Virus record (IMG/VR): IMGVR_UViG_3300014204_000122
Location: 32,001 to 96,000 of that record
DNA length: 64,000 nt
Source: a virus
Taxonomy: Duplodnaviria > Caudoviricetes
Direction: 5' to 3' (one strand)
The notes below the pieces were generated by a model. That model worked only from the letters and a program-made list of their open reading frames with translations, was not told the origin of the DNA and did not search any database. Positions 19,193 to 29,583 of the stretch are shown here, piece after piece. Position 1 is the stretch's first letter; every line of letters begins with the position of its first letter. The position numbers and the translations under genes were made by a program.

Positions 19193-19775
19193 ATTCTTTT
19201 ATTTTCTTTAAAAAACTATTGTTTTTCTTATTAAATATGTATAAATATTTTTTTCTCTCTTCTTCTGAGTTAAAAACAATGGTTATAGTGTGAAAATCTT
19301 TAAATTCACTACAAATATAACTTAAATATAGTTCTATATCTTTATCAGTTACTTCTCCATATATTTTACCTGATAATGGTAGGAAAGTAAGATGTAATAT
19401 TTTATAATTAGTAGATTCAAAGTATTTAATTGTTTCTTTTATACTAAATAAAGTTTTGGTTAATAAATTTTGTTTTTTTATTTTATCTGTTATTATTCTT
19501 GAATTAGGTAAAACACTATGAATAATTTTATCTATTTTTAAAATTCCTGAATTTGTTACAACATTATCTCCAAATTTAAAGTTTTCTAACTTATAATCAT
19601 ATTTAATATTATAAATTTCTTTTTTTACCGAAGAACCGGCTTCTTTGTGTACATTAATAAAAGTTTCGTCTCCTGCTAACAGGCTACTTGAGGTCCATAA
19701 AATTAAAATATCTGTTTTGAAATTATTAAAACAGATATCTTGAGTAACAAATTTAAAAGTAGGAGATGATAACAT
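19137..19775 (-). CDS. macrodomain protein (divergent)
   Basis: VTQDI..., VHKEAG, VVTNSGIL..DKIIHSVLP, LSGKIYG follow the Macro fold order. Confidence 0.6.
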   Translation of the reverse strand: MLSSPTFKFVTQDICFNNFKTDILILWTSSSLLAGDETFINVHKEAGSSVKKEIYNIKYDYKLENFKFGDNVVTNSGILKIDKIIHSVLPNSRIITDKIKKQNLLTKTLFSIKETIKYFESTNYKILHLTFLPLSGKIYGEVTDKDIELYLSYICSEFKDFHTITIVFNSEEERKKYLYIFNKKNNSFLKKIKEYVKDFRVNFKIPRTSSIS

Positions 19776-19810
19776 TTTTTAATAATAAAATAAGAAAAAA
19801 AAATAAAAAC

Positions 19811-20773
19811 ATGGAACTTGAATCTTTAAAAACATTAAAAAAAACTTGTGAAGAGTGTGGTGAAGTTTTTTATGTTAAAAAATACTTTCCCAATGCAAGA
19901 TATTGTAGTAATGAATGTAGACTAAAACATTTAGGTAAAACTAAAAGAACTATTACTTTAATAACTTTAACATGTGCTCATTGTAATAAAGAGTTTACAG
20001 TAAACTCTGCTAGAAAAAAACAAAAATATTGTTGTAACAATTGTAGATTTTTAGCCAAAAAAATTTATGTAGAGAAAATAAAAAAAATATGTATTGGTTG
20101 TGGTAAAGAATTTGAGGTGCATCCTATTAGAGGAAAACAAAAATATTGTGGAGATAAGTGTAGAATAAAATATCTTAATATTTATCACAAGCGCGAAAAT
20201 AAAGCTTATGTTAAAAATTGTGTTATTTGTGGGAAAACTTTTACTTCATATAATATAAACGCAAAATATTGTTGTTATGGTTGTTTTAAAGATTATTATA
20301 GACCTATTCTTATAGCTAAAGATAAGGCTCGTACTAAACCAAAACCTATTATAACTTGTCAGTGTTGTGGTAAAGAATTTGAAGTTTTAAATTGTAATGC
20401 TAAAAAAACTAAATACTGCAGCAACGAGTGTAGAGTAATTTCTATGAGAAAAAATGCTATTAAAAAGAAAAAACTTAATAGTATATATCATTGCTTAAAT
20501 TGTGGAAAACTTTTTAGTAGTCCTTATCCTAAAAAATATTGCAGTTCTAGGTGTAATCTTAAGGTTAATACTTATAATTTAAAACCATCAAATAAAATTA
20601 AAAAAATTTGCAAAAATGAATTTTGTAAAAAAGAATTTTATGTAAAAGGTCACGATATAAAAAGAAAATTTTGTTGTTATGAATGTCATACTTATTTTAT
20701 GTCAAAAAAATATAAAGAAGATTTATTAAAATTGGACAATAAACAAAGTATTCTTAAAATTTGGAGTTTATAA
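19811..20773 (+). CDS. tandem zinc-ribbon (CxxC...YCxxxC) repeat protein
   Basis: Seven CxxC-x(11-13)-Y/F-C-xxx-C repeats. Likely start is ATG 19811 (the track start at 19766 overlaps the divergent gene). No nuclease domain seen. Confidence 0.7.
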   Translation: MELESLKTLKKTCEECGEVFYVKKYFPNARYCSNECRLKHLGKTKRTITLITLTCAHCNKEFTVNSARKKQKYCCNNCRFLAKKIYVEKIKKICIGCGKEFEVHPIRGKQKYCGDKCRIKYLNIYHKRENKAYVKNCVICGKTFTSYNINAKYCCYGCFKDYYRPILIAKDKARTKPKPIITCQCCGKEFEVLNCNAKKTKYCSNECRVISMRKNAIKKKKLNSIYHCLNCGKLFSSPYPKKYCSSRCNLKVNTYNLKPSNKIKKICKNEFCKKEFYVKGHDIKRKFCCYECHTYFMSKKYKEDLLKLDNKQSILKIWSL

Positions 20774-20804
20774 TTAAAAATTTATATTTAAAAAAAATAT
20801 TTAA

Positions 20805-21245
20805 ATGAAATTAATTTTACTAGAAACTTATAGTTTTAGAAATAATATTGTAAAATATATTTTATCAAAGGATAGAAACTATTTTATATATAAGAAAGCT
20901 TTAAGTTTAGCTAAAAGTAGAGGAGTTGACATTTTCAAAAATAAAGAATTAGCTTATTATATACTGGAAGATGAAGAAGTTATAGCTGGTTTATTTATAT
21001 CTGATAATTTAACAGATTTCGGATTTGATATAGTTGTAGATAAGGAATATGAAAACCAGGGTATTGGAAAAGAATTAACAAAAAAAGCTTTAGAAATTTA
21101 TAAAAATTTAAAATTAATATATGGTGATGATTATTTTTTAGATGTTGAAGTTATTAGTCCTAAATATAAAGATATTTTAACTAAAAATTTTAATTTAAAA
21201 ATTAAACAGGATTTAAAAGATTCAAAATGGATTATGACGGAGTAA
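20805..21245 (+). CDS. GNAT-family acetyltransferase
   Basis: FDIVVDKEYENQGIGKEL acetyl-CoA-binding motif A. Confidence 0.75.
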   Translation: MKLILLETYSFRNNIVKYILSKDRNYFIYKKALSLAKSRGVDIFKNKELAYYILEDEEVIAGLFISDNLTDFGFDIVVDKEYENQGIGKELTKKALEIYKNLKLIYGDDYFLDVEVISPKYKDILTKNFNLKIKQDLKDSKWIMTE

Positions 21246-21311
21246 TAGTATTAATCAAAAATAATGCTTTAAATCAAAGAAAAATGCACAAAAACATTAA
21301 ATAAATACGTA

Positions 21312-21740
21312 ATGAAGATCGGAATAAAAACATTAATTGAAAAATTACAAAAACTATCGGGTAAAAAAGTTATACTAGAAAGATTTTCTGATGAAGAAAT
21401 TGGTCATTTTATTGATCAAACAATAACAATCAAGGGCGACAAAATAACTTATAAAGGTAATCTTACTTATAAAACATTTGAAATTTTAGCAAATAAATAT
21501 AGTAATTATACTCTTGATGTAATTGGAAATGTTTATATATTTAATAGAGGATACAAAGAAATGCCTATACAGTTTGGCGAAGTAACTGGAGATTTTAAAT
21601 GTTATAATAATAAACTAACCTCATTGAAAAATTTTCCTATAGAAGTGGGTGGAAAAATTGATTGTTCTGGAAATTTAAAAAAATTTTCTGAAAAGGATAT
21701 TAAAAAAATATGTAATGTTAAAGGAGAAATATGGAATTAA
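21312..21740 (+). CDS. leader-tagged protein with LRR-like repeats
   Basis: N-terminal LIEKLQKLSGKKVILE module; VTGDFKCYNNKLTSLKNFPIEVGG repeat. Confidence 0.65.
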   Translation: MKIGIKTLIEKLQKLSGKKVILERFSDEEIGHFIDQTITIKGDKITYKGNLTYKTFEILANKYSNYTLDVIGNVYIFNRGYKEMPIQFGEVTGDFKCYNNKLTSLKNFPIEVGGKIDCSGNLKKFSEKDIKKICNVKGEIWN

Positions 21741-23809
21741 CCATATATCTTACCAATAATATCTGATTCTAAATACTTAACTTCAAAAATTCCATTTGGA
21801 TATCCCTTAATTATATTATTAGTAGATACCATTTCATATTTATTTCTATGTCCCTTTATAGGTGTTGGAATTATGTCAGGATATAATCCAATTTCAATAG
21901 GTTGATAAACTCTTCTTGTCGCAGGGTCTGTATTATCTTCACCTAGACCTATAATATTATAAATTTTTAATTCTGCTACATTTATTACTCCACTTACTTC
22001 TTGTAAAACAGTTGTTATATTAGACAAATATATAGGTTGATTCATTTGCCAATTTTTAACATCGAAATATTCTTGTAATCTTTTTAAACAATCTATCAGT
22101 ATTTGTTGTTGATTGTTAGAATCCGCAAAAATAGTAAACTCAACTTGTATGTTATATATATCTCCATCAACAATATCTATCCAATCTCCAATAACTCTTT
22201 TATCTATTAAATAATTTTTAATATTTTCTTTTAATAATTGATTTGGAGAAACCCATATTCCATTTGCGTTTTTTTGTTTAGTAGTTAAATAACCATCTTC
22301 ATTTCTACTTAAAATATATAATATTCCCTTTTCTCCTAACCATAAGTTTGGATCAAGAGTTAAAATATCAGTTGTTGTTTGATCTATTTGATAGTTTCTA
22401 AAATAGCTTTCTATTTGATTTGCAATTATTAATCTATTTGCTTGTGTTGTTGCATTTACAAGTTGATTTGTTAATTCTAATACAGTATTTTCGACATCTT
22501 TCATGTTTGCTACCTTAGGCCCAAACAAATCATAAGATACTCTAAAAGGTTGTCCATATTTAGGAGGCATCATTTGTATCATGGCTTTGATATCTTCAGG
22601 TGTAACCCCTCTATCTTGCGCTGCAAAAGTTTGACCTGATATTTCTCTGATTTCCTCAATAGAAGGAATATCTCTACCTCCAGTGGCTGCTGTTAAATTA
22701 TTAACTTTAAAAGATCCTCTAACTTTAGAAAGTTTTGTTAAATCAAGAGAAGAATCTGGTAAACTAAACTCTTTTGAGGTTATCAAAGTTATAGTTTCTT
22801 CTGATACGTTTGTACTTAGACCTCCTCCAACTCTATATTTAATAAAAACAGTACTGTTGATTGGAGGTAAAAAACCTAAATTAACATCATCGTGAACATT
22901 ATTAAAATATTCATCAGCTGTTACAGGTGAATAAATTGCCTCAGGAATATCTTCTGTAGATTGATTTCCAAAAGTTATTGTAACTATATTATTTACATCT
23001 CTTCTTACTATAAATCTTTTAGGTATATCTACCCACTCTCCTTGTTTTATAGTTGAAGAATTTACATTTGTTTCAAAAAAAGCTTTAGATTGAGTTAAAG
23101 CTCTCACTTGATAATATGCATTATTATAATCTATAAAATCATAATCAGCTGGGGCTACTGTTTGATTTCCAGGAACAACAACTATTCCTACAATTTCTGT
23201 AATATCTCTATCATCTAAAACAAAAGATAAAAAAGGTTTATGAAGATTTTCACTAACATAAAAATTTTGTATTTTTGTTTCTCCTGATTTGGCAAAAACC
23301 TCTTTAGTTACAGTATAATCTATAACTTGATTATTTCCATCTAAGTTAGGTAAAACAACTCTATCTTGTTCTGAAGTAAAATTAATAACATCGGGTACTT
23401 CGAAAAAAACACCTGAATTAGATTTTAGTCTTGCACCTGCATTAATTATTGGTAAGTATTTATAATCAGGTGTAATTATTCCATCTGTCGAAACATAAGG
23501 TATACGAACACTTATATTAACATATACAGAAGAACTAACAGTCCCAGTGTTATAAAAACCTAAATTGTTTGCTATTCTAACAAGAGATTCTGCAGCTTGT
23601 GCTGTAGTTCTAAAATTTTCATTAAAAGATTTATCAATATAATAAGATAGCATATCTCCTACATATGCACACATTTCAAGATACATTATATCTGGATTTG
23701 CATCATTAAAGAAAATTATTTTATCAGAGTGATATGTTTTAGCCCAATTTACAAGGTCGCTTTTTAAACTTGTAAAATCTCTGTTTAAGTAATTAATAGC
23801 TGGTTGCAT
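21737..23809 (-). CDS. baseplate wedge subunit (T4 gp6-like)
   Basis: NYLNRDFTSLKSDL, EMCAYVGDMLSYYID, YRVGGG, ATGGRD, FAAQDRGVT.ED. Confidence 0.85.
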   Translation of the reverse strand: MQPAINYLNRDFTSLKSDLVNWAKTYHSDKIIFFNDANPDIMYLEMCAYVGDMLSYYIDKSFNENFRTTAQAAESLVRIANNLGFYNTGTVSSSVYVNISVRIPYVSTDGIITPDYKYLPIINAGARLKSNSGVFFEVPDVINFTSEQDRVVLPNLDGNNQVIDYTVTKEVFAKSGETKIQNFYVSENLHKPFLSFVLDDRDITEIVGIVVVPGNQTVAPADYDFIDYNNAYYQVRALTQSKAFFETNVNSSTIKQGEWVDIPKRFIVRRDVNNIVTITFGNQSTEDIPEAIYSPVTADEYFNNVHDDVNLGFLPPINSTVFIKYRVGGGLSTNVSEETITLITSKEFSLPDSSLDLTKLSKVRGSFKVNNLTAATGGRDIPSIEEIREISGQTFAAQDRGVTPEDIKAMIQMMPPKYGQPFRVSYDLFGPKVANMKDVENTVLELTNQLVNATTQANRLIIANQIESYFRNYQIDQTTTDILTLDPNLWLGEKGILYILSRNEDGYLTTKQKNANGIWVSPNQLLKENIKNYLIDKRVIGDWIDIVDGDIYNIQVEFTIFADSNNQQQILIDCLKRLQEYFDVKNWQMNQPIYLSNITTVLQEVSGVINVAELKIYNIIGLGEDNTDPATRRVYQPIEIGLYPDIIPTPIKGHRNKYEMVSTNNIIKGYPNGIFEVKYLESDIIGKIYG

Positions 23810-23814
23810 TTTAT

Positions 23815-25539
23815 TTATCCTTCTTTTGTTATTATTTTGTTGCCCACTTTACATATTTTTTTAATTTCTTCTTCTTTAAATTGTACATTATTGCTATAAC
23901 ATATTAAACTTCCTTCAACTTCTTTAGGAAATTCTTTTAAAGATGCTAATTTATTATTAGAACAATCAAAGTTACCTCTAATAATTTTAGGACAGTTTTC
24001 TAAAGATATTAATTGATTATTAGAACAATCAAAATTATCTCTAATATAAACAAAATTTAAAGGTATTTTTGTTAATCCTGCTTTGGAAATATTTACATTA
24101 CCTTCAACACTAAATTCAAAATCACTATATTCTTTTGTTAATATTTTTAAACTTTTTATATCTATATCAGATTCATACATTATTTTAGATTTATCTAAAA
24201 AAGTAATATAGGTATCTAATATTGTTTTTTTATGCTGACTTTTCTGTTGATTAGATCCTTGCGTCCAACCTAGAGGTTTAAATGCAATATTTCTATCTAG
24301 TATATTTAATAATATAAAATTTATATTATCCATTATAGATTTTTTAGTTGCTTGATTAGTATTACCACTTCCTAATAAATCTGCTAATTTTTTTTGAAAA
24401 TATACATTATTATAAGTTTGGTGAGCTTCTCCTGGTTTTAAAGTACGAAAAATTACTTCTTCCTTAAAAGATTTTCTTAATAAATTAACACTATCAACAA
24501 TTTTTTGAATTTTTGCCAAAGGCATTTTATTTCGATACAAACTAGTTAAATCTAAATTATAAATAGGAGAACTTTTTCTCATATCATCTGTAAAATTTCG
24601 AATAGTTAAATTATCTAATTGATCATCATCAACTATACCACTTTTCATTTCTTTTACAACTGTTTCATAATCAGGTAAATGTGCTGATTGCCAAGCTCTT
24701 TCAAAATCTTGAAGAAATTTAGGTGTATAAAAAATACCAGCTCTTTGGTGTTGCTTAATAAAAGTTATAAGTCTAAGGTAAGTATCTTCTCTGATTTTTC
24801 TTTTTACGTTTTTACTATTTCTTAAATAATTTAAAACCTGTATTGTTGTTTTCGCAGCTTTTCTTATATCTGCAGTTTCTGTTGTTGAGCTTCCAGAAGA
24901 ATAAGATAAATTTCCTAATATTTCTTGTAAATAAGCTTTTAATAATAGGTTATATTCTTTATTCTTTCTTTGTTTTTTCTTTGATCCTGTTGCGGCATCT
25001 AAATAGATCATCCATTCACCATTAGAAGCTTGAAATCTATATTGTGCAAAAAATACTCTTGCATTTTTATATCTAATAAATTTTTCTTTTTGTGCACCCG
25101 TTTCACTAAAATCTTTTTTAAATTTAATTACAACACCTACTTTATCATTATCTCTTTTTTCAAAACCCATAAAACTAACTACATATTCGTTAGTTTTTAT
25201 ATCTTTAAAAAAAAACTCTGGTTGTTCTAAAACCCAACGTTGTAAATCTGGTGTGCTTTTAGCAGCTATTTGATCCATTTTTTTTAATTGTAGTGAATCA
25301 AGACTGTCATAAGGGTCTGTAGCTTCTAATATAATTTTTTTATTTACTTTGTTTTCTAATAAAGTAATTAAATTTTTAAGATTAATACTTTCTTCAATAA
25401 AATCTTTTAATTGTTCAATAGACATTTTTTCAGCAGTATTTTTTATATTATCATCTACTTCAGAACTAGAAATTTTACCTAATTTATATCCGTATACTAA
25501 TTTCATAAAAGCTAATTGCTTTTCACTTACACTAGGCAT
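23815..25539 (-). CDS. modular protein: DUF3008-like N-terminus, leader module, unknown domain, LRR-like C-terminus
   Basis: MPSVSEKQLAFM...AEKMSIEQLKDF; LITLLENKVNKKIILE; C-terminal NFDCSNN(Q/K)L.SL..(C/F)P repeats. Confidence 0.6.
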   Translation of the reverse strand: MPSVSEKQLAFMKLVYGYKLGKISSSEVDDNIKNTAEKMSIEQLKDFIEESINLKNLITLLENKVNKKIILEATDPYDSLDSLQLKKMDQIAAKSTPDLQRWVLEQPEFFFKDIKTNEYVVSFMGFEKRDNDKVGVVIKFKKDFSETGAQKEKFIRYKNARVFFAQYRFQASNGEWMIYLDAATGSKKKQRKNKEYNLLLKAYLQEILGNLSYSSGSSTTETADIRKAAKTTIQVLNYLRNSKNVKRKIREDTYLRLITFIKQHQRAGIFYTPKFLQDFERAWQSAHLPDYETVVKEMKSGIVDDDQLDNLTIRNFTDDMRKSSPIYNLDLTSLYRNKMPLAKIQKIVDSVNLLRKSFKEEVIFRTLKPGEAHQTYNNVYFQKKLADLLGSGNTNQATKKSIMDNINFILLNILDRNIAFKPLGWTQGSNQQKSQHKKTILDTYITFLDKSKIMYESDIDIKSLKILTKEYSDFEFSVEGNVNISKAGLTKIPLNFVYIRDNFDCSNNQLISLENCPKIIRGNFDCSNNKLASLKEFPKEVEGSLICYSNNVQFKEEEIKKICKVGNKIITKEG

Positions 25540-26140
25540 TATCTAAATCCTCCTCTTTTATTAAAGTAAAAGAAAATTTATTACCCCAAATTTCTTTAGA
25601 GTTTTTACATATTGTCATGAATTCTTTAAAATTAACAGAACTTGCAATAACCATACAACCAGCAGACCATTTTCCAACTACTGTACTTTCTCCTTTTTCG
25701 TTTGCTCTATGTATATCAGTATATCCTATTTCTGTAACAATAGAATTAATATCAAAATCAAATTGATTATCTTTATCTCTATCTCTATAATAATCCATAG
25801 CTTTACATTGACGAAGTGCTTCATATTCTTTATGAAGTCCTATTTCGTAACATTTTTTATATTGATTAGGTACCATAATTGCTGTACCTTTGACATTCAT
25901 AGGGTTTTGTAAATAATATAATCCAGGATCGGTTGTTGCATTATAAAGTTTTAAGTTCCAAACTCCTTTGTATTTCCAAATTAAACAAATAAGATCGTTA
26001 AATGTATTAGGTTTTAAATCACTACTTCTAATACCTATTATATTTAAATTATAATCCTTTTCATCTTTTTCAAAAAAATCATATTTTTTTTTTAAAAATA
26101 CATTTTTTATTTTTTCTATAGTAACTTTATTTTTATTCAT
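25532..26140 (-). CDS. putative peptidoglycan-acting enzyme with YkuD-like His/Cys motif (endolysin candidate)
   Basis: NIIGIR, ATTDPG, DIHRAN...WSAGC (H...SxGC). Confidence 0.5.
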   Translation of the reverse strand: MNKNKVTIEKIKNVFLKKKYDFFEKDEKDYNLNIIGIRSSDLKPNTFNDLICLIWKYKGVWNLKLYNATTDPGLYYLQNPMNVKGTAIMVPNQYKKCYEIGLHKEYEALRQCKAMDYYRDRDKDNQFDFDINSIVTEIGYTDIHRANEKGESTVVGKWSAGCMVIASSVNFKEFMTICKNSKEIWGNKFSFTLIKEEDLDNA

Positions 26141-26395
26141 TTATTCACTTTCATTAGAAGTTATAAATTTAGAAAATTCTTCATATAAAAAATTAATATC
26201 TTGATTATTAAAATTTTTGTCTTTATATTTTATAACAAAATCACCTTTTTTATTTTTTTTAACGTTATTTAAATAATATTCATATATAGATTGAAAGCTT
26301 TGAAATTCTTTAGTTGATAAAGGTAAAATTTTATTGTCAGCTACAGCCATAAGACCTGTATTAGTCTCTTCATTTATTTTCTTTATTTCTTTCAT
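26141..26395 (-). CDS. hypothetical protein
   Basis: 84-aa ORF preceded by the ATATTTAAA motif. Confidence 0.5.
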   Translation of the reverse strand: MKEIKKINEETNTGLMAVADNKILPLSTKEFQSFQSIYEYYLNNVKKNKKGDFVIKYKDKNFNNQDINFLYEEFSKFITSNESE

Positions 26396-26437
26396 TACAA
26401 TATTTTTATCTTTAAATATAACTTTTTAGACTGTTTT

Positions 26438-26827
26438 TTAAACAATAAGAGATAAAGATTCTAATTCCTTTCCTGGAAGGGCAAAACTAATTTCTATATA
26501 AAGTGTAGGTACTTTTAAATCTTCATCTATTTTTTGAGTTATTTCTATAGTAGGAAATGAAATACCACTAAAATATTCATTTAATTCTTGCTTAACCTCA
26601 TCTTGGATTATATATAAAGCTTCTTTTTGTATAAGAGTATGTTTGAAATCTGCTACAACACTACCTATTGTATTTCCTCTTCTTTGGTATTTTTTTGTAA
26701 GAAGAAAGGCACGAATTGCAGATTTTACTGTATCGTTTACATTTTCAGTTCTTTTTAAATAAACTTGATTTTCTTCCTCAGATTCATCAAAAGGAAACAA
26801 AACTGAACCATATTGTTTTTTAGCCAT
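26438..26827 (-). CDS. baseplate wedge subunit (T4 gp25-like)
   Basis: YGSVLFPF, VKSAIRAFLLTKKYQR...IGS; adjacent to the gp5-like gene. Confidence 0.7.
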   Translation of the reverse strand: MAKKQYGSVLFPFDESEEENQVYLKRTENVNDTVKSAIRAFLLTKKYQRRGNTIGSVVADFKHTLIQKEALYIIQDEVKQELNEYFSGISFPTIEITQKIDEDLKVPTLYIEISFALPGKELESLSLIV

Positions 26828-26859
26828 TATTTTAACTTAAATATATTTTTTCAAATAAA

Positions 26860-27780
26860 TTAATTAATTTTAATATACATACTTTTTCCTGAACCTGGGA
26901 TTTTTAATTTAGTTAAACTTATAGCTGTTTGAGCAACTGCAGCTGTTAATGCAACAACAGATGGATTAGGTGCTATATCATATCCAGGAATAGGTAAAAC
27001 AATTTTGCCAGGAAGAGATAATATAGTTGCTATCTGACTTAATAAATTTTGAATTTGTGTTAAATGATCAAATAAAGGATCTGCAAAAACAGGTCTATGT
27101 TCTTTTGTAGAATTTGATGATAAAATATCAATATTTTTTCCTTTTAACTCTATTAGTTTTGAAAGAATTAATTTAGCTTCATCTAATTTACCTTCATCTT
27201 GAATTAAGATAGTAGATTTTTCTTCAAATAATAATTTATTGTTTGATTTTCCTTTAACTCCTACCAGAAAATTAATAGTTGATTTTTTATTAACAATTTT
27301 ATTTCCTTTTCTATTAGGATAATGTTCTCTTATAATTTCAAAATTTTCTTCAATTAATTTCCAAGCTTTTTCACCCTCTTCTTCTGGTTTTAATTCCGAA
27401 AATATATTTTTTTTATAAATTTGTTTTATAGGAGTAAACCATATTCTTCCTCCAAAAGGAGTAGAAGAATCAAGTAAAGCAACTAAAACTACACTATTAA
27501 CTTCTGGAGTTTCTATAAACCTACCTAAGGCGGGAATACACCACGGTAGTTTATCATCACCTTGTTTTTCATCTAATTGTGCATTTTTATTATAATATAA
27601 ACTATCATCAAGCAATGGTATTCTTACTTGAATTCTATTAGCGTTTTTATTATCTGTAACATTACGAACTTGTCCTAAATAAAAAGTTCCAAGCGGTGTT
27701 GTATTTCTTTCTACACGATTATCTACAATAGCACTTGCGATTAATTCTCTAGGGTTAGCTATCCGTATTCTGTCTTTCAT
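26860..27780 (-). CDS. baseplate hub/spike protein (gp5/VgrG OB-fold)
   Basis: GQVRNVTD....RIQVRIP...LPWC.P.....PEVNSVV.V. Confidence 0.75.
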   Translation of the reverse strand: MKDRIRIANPRELIASAIVDNRVERNTTPLGTFYLGQVRNVTDNKNANRIQVRIPLLDDSLYYNKNAQLDEKQGDDKLPWCIPALGRFIETPEVNSVVLVALLDSSTPFGGRIWFTPIKQIYKKNIFSELKPEEEGEKAWKLIEENFEIIREHYPNRKGNKIVNKKSTINFLVGVKGKSNNKLLFEEKSTILIQDEGKLDEAKLILSKLIELKGKNIDILSSNSTKEHRPVFADPLFDHLTQIQNLLSQIATILSLPGKIVLPIPGYDIAPNPSVVALTAAVAQTAISLTKLKIPGSGKSMYIKIN

Positions 27781-27949
27781 TAACCAATTCTGTTATTTCT
27801 AAAATTTCTATATATATATTTTCTAATTCTTTTATTTTTTTTTCTAATTCCTTTTTAACTAAAATTGATTTATTATTTAAAAAAACTAGCTTATTATTTA
27901 ACTCATTTGTTGTTAAATTTTCGTATTTTTTATGTAATAATTCATCCAT
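27755..27949 (-). CDS. small coiled-coil hypothetical protein
   Basis: 64-aa ORF in operon. Confidence 0.5.
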   Translation of the reverse strand: MDELLHKKYENLTTNELNNKLVFLNNKSILVKKELEKKIKELENIYIEILEITELVNERQNTDS

Positions 27950-27950
27950 T

Positions 27951-28295
27951 TTATTTTTGAGTCTTTTGCATTTCTACAACTTGATTAGCTATGCTTGATA
28001 TGAAAGTATTATCATATTGTGCTCCAGCATCTTTTTTATCATTAGTTACTCTATCTTTAATCATTGCTGCAATTTTAATCACTTTATCTCTTATAGAACC
28101 TTTTACTTTTAAAGAATCATTATATAAATTACCATAAGCATCAAAAGATACTTCATCTGTTGACATTTTGATTTTATAACTATTAATGTTTTCCTGAGCT
28201 TCTGTTAAATCTTCATTTAAATCGCTTAAAATATTTTGAATTAAAGTTTTTAAACCAGTATCATTAATTTCTATCTTTTCTTTATGTATATCCAT
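27951..28295 (-). CDS. hypothetical protein
   Basis: 114-aa helical ORF in operon. Confidence 0.55.
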   Translation of the reverse strand: MDIHKEKIEINDTGLKTLIQNILSDLNEDLTEAQENINSYKIKMSTDEVSFDAYGNLYNDSLKVKGSIRDKVIKIAAMIKDRVTNDKKDAGAQYDNTFISSIANQVVEMQKTQK

Positions 28296-28296
28296 T

Positions 28297-28971
28297 TTAT
28301 TTAGAATTTTCTTCTTTTTCTTTTAAATATATTTTTATCTTCTTTAATGAAGCTATAACTGTATTATTTTTCAAACCAGTGTAATTTAATAATAATCTAT
28401 TAAATTCATTTTTACTACCAAATTCAAGCTTATCCCAGTTGTTTAACATATAAATCAAACAATTACAAACTAATAAATCATTTTTTGTAGTATTTTTTAT
28501 TAAACTAAACATTTTTAATTTAGTAATAACATCTTCTCTTTTTTCATTAAATATTAATATACTACCGCCTTTATCTTCAATCACATTACTAAAATCATCA
28601 ACATCTAAAACGCCACCGTGTCTAGCTATTTTTTTATCATTTTGGATTTTGGCATATAAAATATAGTTTTTTGCAGCAGTTCCAAAATAAGAAAAGGCTT
28701 TAACTGGTTTCCCATCTTTCCCAAGAGTAGAAGGATTAAATTTTTCCATACCTGAAATAATATGATGATATGTATCTTCAAACAAATCTTCACGAGAAAC
28801 TCCTATTATTTTTTGAAACATAGGCATTTGTAAAACGCCATCAACTAAACTTTTAAAAGCCGGATCTATTAAATCTTTGAATAAAGTATTTTTTTCTCTT
28901 TGATTTTCTGAAAGAAGAAACAACCTTATAGCCACTTCTTCTTTTTCTCCAAAATAATTTTTATTTTCCAT
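28297..28971 (-). CDS. phage late-transcription sigma factor (T4 gp55-like)
   Basis: NYFG..EE.AI, KFNPS....KAFSYFGTAAKNY matches the region-2 'AFSYFT.IA.N' motif of T4-like late sigmas. Confidence 0.6.
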   Translation of the reverse strand: MENKNYFGEKEEVAIRLFLLSENQREKNTLFKDLIDPAFKSLVDGVLQMPMFQKIIGVSREDLFEDTYHHIISGMEKFNPSTLGKDGKPVKAFSYFGTAAKNYILYAKIQNDKKIARHGGVLDVDDFSNVIEDKGGSILIFNEKREDVITKLKMFSLIKNTTKNDLLVCNCLIYMLNNWDKLEFGSKNEFNRLLLNYTGLKNNTVIASLKKIKIYLKEKEENSK

Positions 28972-29582
28972 TATACTTCTTTAGGTTGATAATCTTTTCT
29001 TGCATTTTCAAATAATTTGATTTTTTCTTCTTTGTCTATTTTTTCTAACGAATAATCAAAACTAACAGATGCTAAAATTTTAGGAACTCCTATAACGTTT
29101 ACTTTTTTAGAAAGAATTTTATTAAGAAATTCAAACTGATAAAAAATGTTTAAATCTTTTTTAAAATTATATTTTTGTAAAATTTTTATTGGAATTAAAC
29201 CTCCATATATAGTAGTATCTAGCTGCATTAGAGCGCCTTGTTTATCTAAAACTCCAGGATCTTGAACTAAACTAGGCCACCATATAGAACTATTAAGAAT
29301 TCCTTTAAAAACATTAGAATTGTCAGATAAGCTAATTAAGGGCAAATATAAACTTTGATCATTATCATAATATTCTTGTATAATAGATAAATAATTATCA
29401 TATAAATAATTATTATTAGGTAATATTATTATATGAGTATATTGGCTATCAATTTCTTTAATAATTTTATTAATAATAGTTGCTTCGTCTTGTTTATCTA
29501 TTGTTTTAACTATTTGAAAATCTATTTCTGGAATATCACTTGGCGTAGTTTCGCCATTTATTATTAATGCTAATATTTTCAT
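28971..29582 (-). CDS. glycosyltransferase-like protein (degenerate GT-A)
   Basis: IN..IKEIDSQYTHIIIL, YGGLI, FKKDL..FYQFEFL.K, VIGVPKI. Confidence 0.45.
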   Translation of the reverse strand: MKILALIINGETTPSDIPEIDFQIVKTIDKQDEATIINKIIKEIDSQYTHIIILPNNNYLYDNYLSIIQEYYDNDQSLYLPLISLSDNSNVFKGILNSSIWWPSLVQDPGVLDKQGALMQLDTTIYGGLIPIKILQKYNFKKDLNIFYQFEFLNKILSKKVNVIGVPKILASVSFDYSLEKIDKEEKIKLFENARKDYQPKEV

Positions 29583-29583
29583 C

